This document shows, one piece after another, positions 57,440 to 64,000 of a DNA stretch of 64,000 nt (the first letter of the stretch is position 1; each line of letters begins with the position of its first letter). The notes under the pieces were generated by a model that saw only the letters and a program-made list of their open reading frames with translations, ran no database searches and was not told the DNA's origin. Source of the stretch: an uncultured Phycisphaera sp. (GTDB lineage: Bacteria; Planctomycetota; Phycisphaerae; Phycisphaerales; Phycisphaeraceae); assembly GCA_964496285.1 (NCBI GenBank), contig CAZBXW010000009.1, positions 7,366 to 71,365 on the forward strand, given 5' to 3'. Made by a program: the position numbers and the translations under genes.

Positions 57440-60400
57440 ACCACGATGTTGACGAGTCTACCCTTGACGATCAGAACCTTCTTTACCGGTTTGCCCGCGA
57501 GGGCGGCTTGGACACGCTCCAGCGCCAGCGCCGCAGCCTGAATCGCGGCCTCGTCCGCGTCGGCGGGCACGGTCACGCGGTCACGCACTTTGCCGTTGAC
57601 CTGCACGGGATACTCCACGGTCGCGGCGGTTAGCAGCGCCGGGTCGTACGCGGGCCAAGGCTCGTAGGCGATCGACGCGGTGTGGCCGAGCCGGCTCCAG
57701 AGCTCCTCCGCCAGGTGCGGGGTCAGCGGCGAGAGCAGCAGCGTCATGGCGCTGGCCACCTCGCGCGGCAGGGTCGGCAGCGCCACCAACTCGTTGTTCA
57801 GCTCGATCAGCGCCGCGATCGCGGTGTTGAACGACAGCCGCTCCAGGTCGTCGCTGACGCGCTGGATAGTCTTGTGCAGCAATCGTCGCAGCGCCTCCCC
57901 GGGCGCCTCGTCGCTGACGCGCAGGGCGTTGGTCTCGACATTGACGAAGTTGCGCCAGACGCGCTGCAGGAATCGATGCACGCCCAGGATGTCCTGCGTG
58001 TTCCAGACCTTGCTCTGGTCCAGCGGGCCCATGTACATCTCGTACAGACGCAGCGTGTCGCAGCCATACTCCTCGCAGACCTCGTCGGGGGCGATGGCGT
58101 TCTTGAGGCTCTTGCCCATCTTCCCCAGCTCGCGGGTGACGGGTTGATCCTGATGGAAAAACCTGCCGTCCTTCTCCACGACTTCCGTGGCGGGCACCGC
58201 GATGCCCCGGGCGTCACGGTAGCAGTAGGCCTGGATGTAGCCCTGGTTGTAGAGCCTGCCGAAGGGCTCGGGCGTGGAGAGGTAACCAAGGTCAAAGAGC
58301 ACCTTGTGCCAGAAGCGGGCGTAGAGCAGGTGCAGCACCGCGTGCTCGACGCCGCCGACGTAGAGGTCCACGCCGCCGGCGTGATGACCGCCGCTGCGCT
58401 TGGGCGAGAGCATCCAATACTTTTCCGCTTCGCCGCCGACGAAGCGTTGCCCATTCCGGGGGTCGAGGAAGCGCAGGTAGTACCAGCACGAGCCGGCCCA
58501 CTGCGGCATGGTGTTGAACTCGCGGGTGAGCGTCTGTCCGTGCAGGTGGACCTGCTTCCAGCTTCCCGGGGCGCGCGAGAGCGGGGGCTGGGGCGGGGCG
58601 TCGGGGTTGTCGCTGGCGCTGGGACGGAAGTCGTCCATCGCGGGCAGTTCCACGGGCAGCTGCGTCTCGTCCAACGCCACGATGCCCCCGTCCGGGCGGT
58701 GCAGGATCGGGAAGGGCTCACCCCAGTAGCGCTGGCGTGAGAAGAGCCAGTCGCGCAGCTTGTACTGCGTCCGAGGTTTGCCCAGACCTTTCTGGAGCAG
58801 CCAGTCGGTGATGCGAGCCTTGGCCTGCTCGGTGGGCAACCCGTTGAGCGAGACTTCGTCGTTGGCGCTGTAGGCGGCCACGCCCTGCTCGGTCATGGCG
58901 GCGCCCTGGAGCTGCACGAGGCGACGCTGCCGCGCCGCTTCGAACAGCGTGGGCAGATCGTTGCCCGCGATGCTGGGCAACGCCTCGCGCCAGATCATGG
59001 AGATGCTGCCGCGCGAGGAGATGCCGGGGTTTTCACCGCCCCTGCCCCGCCGGGTGGCGATGGTGCGGTAGACCTCGTCGTAGTCGGTGCGGTTCTGGTT
59101 GATCGCCAGGCCCATGAAGTCCACGAGCAGGTCCTGCTGCTGGTCCGCGGCGGGCTTCTCGCGGTCGATGATGCCCACGAAGGCGCTGATCGCCGCCAGC
59201 GCCGGCGTGTGCACCACGTCCACGATAGGCAGCTGCATGGCGCAGGCAAACTCGAAGTCGCGCTGGTCGTGCGCCGGGACCGCCATGATCGCCCCGGTGC
59301 CGTAGCCCATGAGCACATAGTCGGCGATCCACACGGGGATGCGCTGACCGTTGACGGGGTTCAAAGCGTAAGCCCCGGTGAAGACGCCGGTCTTCTCCTT
59401 GGCGTCGGCGGTGCGTTGCTGCTCGTTGAGTTTCTGCGCCTTGAGACGGTACTCGTTGACCGCGTGGTACTGGTCGGGCGTGGTGATCTCTTCGACCAGC
59501 GGGTGCTCCGGGGCGAGCACCATGTAGGTGGCGCCGAAGAGCGTGTCGGGGCGGGTGGTGAAGACTTCGATGGTCTGGTCGGGATCGTGAGCGAGCGTGA
59601 ACGTGACCAAGGCGCCGGTGCTCGGGCCGATCCAGTTCCGCTGCATGATCTTCACCGGCTCGGGCCAGTCCACCTGCTCCAGTTCGCTCAGCAGTCGCGG
59701 GGCGTAGGCGGTGATGCGTAGCATCCACTGCTTGAGCGGCCGCTTGAACACGGGGTGGTTGCCGCGCTCGCTGCGTCCGTCGTTGGTGACTTCCTCGTTG
59801 GCGAGCACGGTGCCGAGCGCCGGGCACCAGTTGACGGGCACCTCGTCGAGATACGCCAAGCGCAGACCCGCCAGGAAATCCTCGCGCTGCTCCTGCGTCA
59901 GTGCGCCCCAGCGTCTTGAGCCGATGGGTTCGCCGGTGATCGGCGTGGCCCCCGGGATATCGACCGGAACGAGTTCGTCATCCGGGCCGATGCAGAGCTC
60001 TTCCTTCTCCAGTTGCTCCACCAGCTCCGCGATGGGACGCGCTCGATTCTGCCGGGGGTCGAACCAGGCGTTGTAGAGCTGCAGGAAAATCCACTGCGTC
60101 CAGCGGTAGTACTCCACGTCGGTGGTGGAGATGGCGCGGTCCCAGTCGTAGCTCAGTCCCAGGCGTTTGAGCTGCCGGGTCATGTTGTCGATGTTTTTCT
60201 GCGTGGTCACCGCGGGGTGTACGCCGTGCTCGACCGCGAACTGCTCCGCGGGAAGTCCGAAGGCGTCGTAGCCCATCGGGTGCAGCACGTTGAACCCGCG
60301 GTGCCGCTTGTAGCGGGCGACGATGTCGGTGGCGATGTAGCCCAGCGGGTGCCCCACGTGCAGGCCCACGCCGCTCGGATAGGGGAACATGTCCAGCACG

Positions 60401-60519
60401 TAGTACTTGGGCTTGCGGGGGTCGAAGTCCACCTCGCCGGGGTTCGGTGCGCGAAAGGTGCGCCGCTGCGCCCAGTAGGTCTGCCATCGGCTCTCGATGG
60501 ACTGCGGGTCATATTTCAT
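57436..60519 (-). CDS. leuS: leucyl-tRNA synthetase (long form, about 1027 aa)
   Basis: HIGH motif (HVGHPLGY), KMSKS-type (KMGKSLKN), editing-domain and HDQRDFEFA motifs. Start ATG 60519 (MKYDPQSIE). Confidence 0.95.
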   Translation of the reverse strand: MKYDPQSIESRWQTYWAQRRTFRAPNPGEVDFDPRKPKYYVLDMFPYPSGVGLHVGHPLGYIATDIVARYKRHRGFNVLHPMGYDAFGLPAEQFAVEHGVHPAVTTQKNIDNMTRQLKRLGLSYDWDRAISTTDVEYYRWTQWIFLQLYNAWFDPRQNRARPIAELVEQLEKEELCIGPDDELVPVDIPGATPITGEPIGSRRWGALTQEQREDFLAGLRLAYLDEVPVNWCPALGTVLANEEVTNDGRSERGNHPVFKRPLKQWMLRITAYAPRLLSELEQVDWPEPVKIMQRNWIGPSTGALVTFTLAHDPDQTIEVFTTRPDTLFGATYMVLAPEHPLVEEITTPDQYHAVNEYRLKAQKLNEQQRTADAKEKTGVFTGAYALNPVNGQRIPVWIADYVLMGYGTGAIMAVPAHDQRDFEFACAMQLPIVDVVHTPALAAISAFVGIIDREKPAADQQQDLLVDFMGLAINQNRTDYDEVYRTIATRRGRGGENPGISSRGSISMIWREALPSIAGNDLPTLFEAARQRRLVQLQGAAMTEQGVAAYSANDEVSLNGLPTEQAKARITDWLLQKGLGKPRTQYKLRDWLFSRQRYWGEPFPILHRPDGGIVALDETQLPVELPAMDDFRPSASDNPDAPPQPPLSRAPGSWKQVHLHGQTLTREFNTMPQWAGSCWYYLRFLDPRNGQRFVGGEAEKYWMLSPKRSGGHHAGGVDLYVGGVEHAVLHLLYARFWHKVLFDLGYLSTPEPFGRLYNQGYIQAYCYRDARGIAVPATEVVEKDGRFFHQDQPVTRELGKMGKSLKNAIAPDEVCEEYGCDTLRLYEMYMGPLDQSKVWNTQDILGVHRFLQRVWRNFVNVETNALRVSDEAPGEALRRLLHKTIQRVSDDLERLSFNTAIAALIELNNELVALPTLPREVASAMTLLLSPLTPHLAEELWSRLGHTASIAYEPWPAYDPALLTAATVEYPVQVNGKVRDRVTVPADADEAAIQAAALALERVQAALAGKPVKKVLIVKGRLVNIVV

Positions 60520-60561
60520 GAAGGTCACAGGATAACGAATCAAGAGCAGCCACTGAAGTGG

Positions 60562-61131
60562 CTACGCCTTGCGAAGGCGGGCGAGCAGCTCGGTGGTGAT
60601 CCACGCCAGCGCCGCCGCCGCCACGGTGTCGGAGACGTAGTGTGCTCCCGCTGCCAGGCGTGAGAACCCGCAGCCCATCGCCGCGATGATGAAGATGGGC
60701 CAGGCGCGGGGGTGGAGCTTGCAGAGCATCCACGCCGCCGCGAACGCCACCGCGGTGTGACTGCTGGGCAGGCCCAGACCCCCGGAGTCGAAAAAATCTT
60801 CGGACCAGCGGCGGAACTGGTACTGCCCCAGCGACGCTTCACTGGGCCGCAGTCGTCGGGCGAGAATCTTCATCACCTCCGCCGCCGCCCCGCCCGCCAG
60901 CACCGAGGCGACGAGCCAGAGGGCGCGTTCCCACCAGCGAGGCCAATCCAGCAGTAAGAACGCACCTGCCACGAGCAGCCAGGTCGGCACATAGCCCATC
61001 ACGCGCAGCAGCCGAAAGAAATCGGTATTGGTCTTCTCGATGTGCAGGTTCGCAAAGACCCAGTGATCCACGAGCAGCGCCGCCCCCAGCGTCACTGCCG
61101 CCGCCACGAAGAACACAAGCACACGTTTCAT
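60562..61131 (-). CDS. PAP2-family phosphatase (membrane)
   Basis: PAP2 motifs KILARRLRP, PSSHT, SRLAAGAHYVSD. Start ATG 61131. Confidence 0.85.
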   Translation of the reverse strand: MKRVLVFFVAAAVTLGAALLVDHWVFANLHIEKTNTDFFRLLRVMGYVPTWLLVAGAFLLLDWPRWWERALWLVASVLAGGAAAEVMKILARRLRPSEASLGQYQFRRWSEDFFDSGGLGLPSSHTAVAFAAAWMLCKLHPRAWPIFIIAAMGCGFSRLAAGAHYVSDTVAAAALAWITTELLARLRKA

Positions 61132-61208
61132 TTGCACAGAGTGTAACGCCGCCGCGACCGCGGCCTGCCTCTGGGAAGTTTCCTCTCGGGGGTTAACGAT
61201 ACCGGTGG

Positions 61209-62690
61209 TCAACGGTTCGCCCAGCGTCCCGCCCTTGCCGCCAGTCCGATCACCGCCATGTACCAGACGAGCATCAGCAGATGGACCACGCTCCAGAACG
61301 CCACAAGCACGAGGACCACGGTCCACTGCGTCTGCTGCGAGAGGTGATTGAGCAGGTCCCACTCCTCCAGCGCCTTGGCGAACAACACGTTGAGCCAGAA
61401 CACGATCTGCCACAGCAGCAGCAGTCCCGTGGCGCAGGCGGCCGCCTGCATCGCGGGATGAAGCAGGTTGCGTCCCATCAACCACCCCTGCACCGTGCCC
61501 ACCAGCGACGCGATGGCGATGCTCCCCAGCAGCGTCAGGGTGGCGAAGATCACCCCCAACATCACCGCCGGCCTGATCGCTGCCTCAAGCAGATCGAGTT
61601 TCTCGTTCCACTCCCGGTTGACCGTCACGACCAGCAGCACGCCGGCCCAGGTGAGACCCGTTGCGACAAGCATCGCCACGCCCAGCACCCATCGATGGTG
61701 CAGCGAGGGATCGCTCAGCGGGATCGACTTGCCCAGGCGCACCGGTTGCACCGCTGCCCAAAGCCAGGTCCGCATGAGTGCGACCGCGCGGCGATAGGTG
61801 CCGCGGTTCTGCCAGGGCGAGCCGGGCCGGACTGTTTTGCCCAGCGACGCGGACACCGCCAAGCCGCACTCCGGGCAGTTGCGGTCCATGGCGGTCATCG
61901 ACAGGTCGTAGCCGCAGCCCTCGCAGGTCGGGGGCTTGTCGAGCTTTCGCCACGTGGAGATGGGCGGCGCCCCGACGCAAGCGAGAATCACCCACACGGT
62001 CCAACCGAGCCAGACAAAATAGCAGACCGTCTCGATGTCTCCCCGGTGCTTCTCGTACCAGGGACGTGACTGCTGCCATTCGTTGACCTGCCGGTGATAC
62101 GCGGCCAGTTGCTCGTCCCATTGCGCCTGCTGCTCCGGCGTAAGATGAGTGCCCCAGGCCACCGGCCGCGACGGGTAGCTGGGATGATTTTCGTCAACCC
62201 GCTGACTGGCGCCGCGCGCCAGCGCGGTGGGCAGCGAGGTCAGCAGCAGGATGATCGCCAGCGTCGCGGTGATCATCCAGACGCGTTTGACCGCTCGGAT
62301 CACGCTGTCGAACCACCGCTCGTCCGCAGCCCCCCAGGCGCTGACCAGCCACGCCCCGCCGACGAACGCCAGCTCCACCGCCAGGAGCACGATCAGCATG
62401 ATCCAAGGCGTCCAGAAAAGGCTGGCTTCCTCAAAAAGCTCCGCCACCCCATCGATCAGAGCCTCGCCCATCCCGTAGGACGCCCCGACGAATTGCTCCA
62501 ATCCATAGAGCAGCAGCACTGCCAAGCCCCCGCACACCAGGCCCATCACGTGCAGGCCAAGCGCCGCAGCAACGCTCATCGGATTGCCATCAATCCCAGC
62601 CCGACGCGGGCGGAACAGGGCCAGCATCGGCAACAGGATCACCCCGCGCCACCGCAACGAATCGACAGGTTGTGCACCGGAGTTTCCCAC
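61209..62690 (-). CDS. polytopic membrane protein with cytoplasmic zinc-ribbon (CxxC-N15-CxxC)
   Basis: At least 8 predicted TM helices. Central CEGCGYDLSMTAMDRNCPECG motif. Family not named. Confidence 0.6.
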   Translation of the reverse strand: MGNSGAQPVDSLRWRGVILLPMLALFRPRRAGIDGNPMSVAAALGLHVMGLVCGGLAVLLLYGLEQFVGASYGMGEALIDGVAELFEEASLFWTPWIMLIVLLAVELAFVGGAWLVSAWGAADERWFDSVIRAVKRVWMITATLAIILLLTSLPTALARGASQRVDENHPSYPSRPVAWGTHLTPEQQAQWDEQLAAYHRQVNEWQQSRPWYEKHRGDIETVCYFVWLGWTVWVILACVGAPPISTWRKLDKPPTCEGCGYDLSMTAMDRNCPECGLAVSASLGKTVRPGSPWQNRGTYRRAVALMRTWLWAAVQPVRLGKSIPLSDPSLHHRWVLGVAMLVATGLTWAGVLLVVTVNREWNEKLDLLEAAIRPAVMLGVIFATLTLLGSIAIASLVGTVQGWLMGRNLLHPAMQAAACATGLLLLWQIVFWLNVLFAKALEEWDLLNHLSQQTQWTVVLVLVAFWSVVHLLMLVWYMAVIGLAARAGRWANR

Positions 62691-62728
62691 GCTCTTGTCC
62701 CATCCTAGCGAAGGGATACGATGGACAC

Positions 62729-64000
62729 ATGGCCACCGCCGCCTCGCGTCCGAGCTTTGAGCTTCGCAAGCCCGACCTGGCCAAGCTCTTCGACAAGCTC
62801 CCGCCCCACGCCGTCGAAGCCGAGATGAGCCTGCTCGGCTCCATGATCCTCGACCCGCAGGTCATCGGCGACGTAGTCCAGATCGTCCGCGGCAGCGACG
62901 ACTTCCACGTCCCCAAGCACGCAGCCATCTATGAGTCGCTCGTCTATCTCTACGATCAGCTTCAGTCGCTGGACATGGTGCAGCTCAAGCAGCGGCTGGC
63001 GGACCTGGGCCAACTCGAACAGGTCGGCGGCGTGCCCTACCTGCTCGAGTTGGCCGAGAGCGTCCCCTCCGCCACCAGTGCGCCCTACTACGCCAGCATC
63101 GTCCGCGACAAGGCCACGCTGCGTCACCTCATCGACGCTTCGGGCAGGATTCTCTACGACGCCCACCACTCCGCCGAGCCGGTGGGCGATCTGCTCGACC
63201 GCGCCGAGCGGGAAATCTTCGAGCTGGCGGACCGCGGACAAGTGCAGGAAGCCACCGAACTGAAGGTCCTGCTGCAGGAGACCTACGCCCGCCTCGAAGC
63301 CCACGAGGGCCGGAGCATCACCGGGCTCGAGACCGGGTTCTTCGAGCTCGACGAGCTCACCAGCGGGTTCCAGAACGGCGAGATGATCATCGTGGCGGCG
63401 CGGCCGAGTATGGGCAAGACCGCCCTGGCGGTGAACATCGCCGAGCACATGGCCGCCGCCAACAAGCTCCCGGTGGCGGTGTTCTCCCTGGAAATGAGCC
63501 GACAGCAGCTCGCCCAGCGACTGCTCTGCTCCCGCTCGGGCGTCGACTCGCATCGGTTACGTAAGAACACCCTGAGCCCCGACGACTACCAGAAGCTCTC
63601 CTACTTCGTGGGCGAACTGAGCGAAGCCCCGATGTACATCGACGACACCCCCGGGCTGACGCTGCTGGCGCTGCGCGCCAAGGCGCGACGCCTGGCCGCC
63701 CGACACGACATCAAGGCGGTGTTCGTCGATTACCTCCAGCTCATGAGCGCTCCCGGAAGCGAGAACCGGCAGCAGGAAGTGTCCAACATCTCGCGCGGCA
63801 TCAAGGCGCTGGCGCGCGAGCTGAACGTCCCGGTCGTCTGCCTCTCGCAGCTCAACCGATCGCCCGAGGGCCGCGAGGGCCACAAGCCACGCATGAGCGA
63901 CCTGCGCGAGAGCGGCTCGATCGAGCAGGACGCCGACGTGGTCCTCATGCTCCACCGCGAGGAGTACTACCACGACGAGCAGTGGAAGCTCGAAAACCCC
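62729..64000 (+). CDS. dnaB: replicative DNA helicase DnaB (3'-partial, runs off the window)
   Basis: Not in the ORF track because there is no stop codon. My own translation from ATG 62729 gives LPPHAVEAEMSLLGSMILDP, Walker A ARPSMGKTA, FSLEMS, Walker B VFVDYLQLM, and RESGSIEQDADVV. Confidence 0.9.
   Translation, partial: MATAASRPSFELRKPDLAKLFDKLPPHAVEAEMSLLGSMILDPQVIGDVVQIVRGSDDFHVPKHAAIYESLVYLYDQLQSLDMVQLKQRLADLGQLEQVGGVPYLLELAESVPSATSAPYYASIVRDKATLRHLIDASGRILYDAHHSAEPVGDLLDRAEREIFELADRGQVQEATELKVLLQETYARLEAHEGRSITGLETGFFELDELTSGFQNGEMIIVAARPSMGKTALAVNIAEHMAAANKLPVAVFSLEMSRQQLAQRLLCSRSGVDSHRLRKNTLSPDDYQKLSYFVGELSEAPMYIDDTPGLTLLALRAKARRLAARHDIKAVFVDYLQLMSAPGSENRQQEVSNISRGIKALARELNVPVVCLSQLNRSPEGREGHKPRMSDLRESGSIEQDADVVLMLHREEYYHDEQWKLENP

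Noticed and set aside
62705-63973. Minus-strand ORFs 62705..63553 and 63557..63973.
   Set aside because: They are antisense to an unmistakable dnaB reading frame (Walker A/B, RESGSIEQDADVV). That frame is missing from the ORF track only because it has no stop codon inside the window.

Overview
High-GC bacterial chromosomal window, densely packed with mostly housekeeping genes. The gene content (three groEL paralogs, PEP-CTERM proteins, a Minf_1886-family protein, lpxI, csrA, MoxR-DUF58) suggests a Planctomycetota/PVC-like organism; this is inference only. I support about 60 CDSs, one tRNA-His and one candidate structured sRNA. Recognisable genes include serA-like, gnd, rluB-like, moxR, DUF58, ribD, cheV-like, csp, a histidine kinase, groEL x3, groES x2, dnaJ, grpE, comF, a kef-type antiporter, ampS, apgM, two PFK paralogs, mscS, two glycosyltransferases, csrA, nfu, lpxI, fpr, an ABC transporter, prfB, trpG/pabA, leuS and a 3'-partial dnaB that the ORF track misses. 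Most long antisense or out-of-frame ORFs in the track are GC-driven artefacts. The main points for follow-up are these. (1) At least 11 intergenic palindromic elements have arms built from short tandem words (7-10 nt, mostly with a GAT(G) core); they fall into several subfamilies, include one chimeric copy, and their termini abut TGA stop codons. (2) A hicB-hicA toxin-antitoxin pair sits tightly between groEL1 and groES2-groEL2-dnaJ-grpE. A second hicA elsewhere has a truncated hicB. (3) A roughly 200-nt rod-shaped RNA with 6S-like architecture has a consensus promoter and an intrinsic terminator. (4) The prfB +1 frameshift site uses CUU UAA C rather than CUU UGA C and has no obvious SD-like stimulator. 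(5) A sigma-54-type -24/-12 element lies upstream of groEL1, which also carries a His-rich C-terminal tail. I found no CRISPR array, integrase or transposase, and no canonical defence system.
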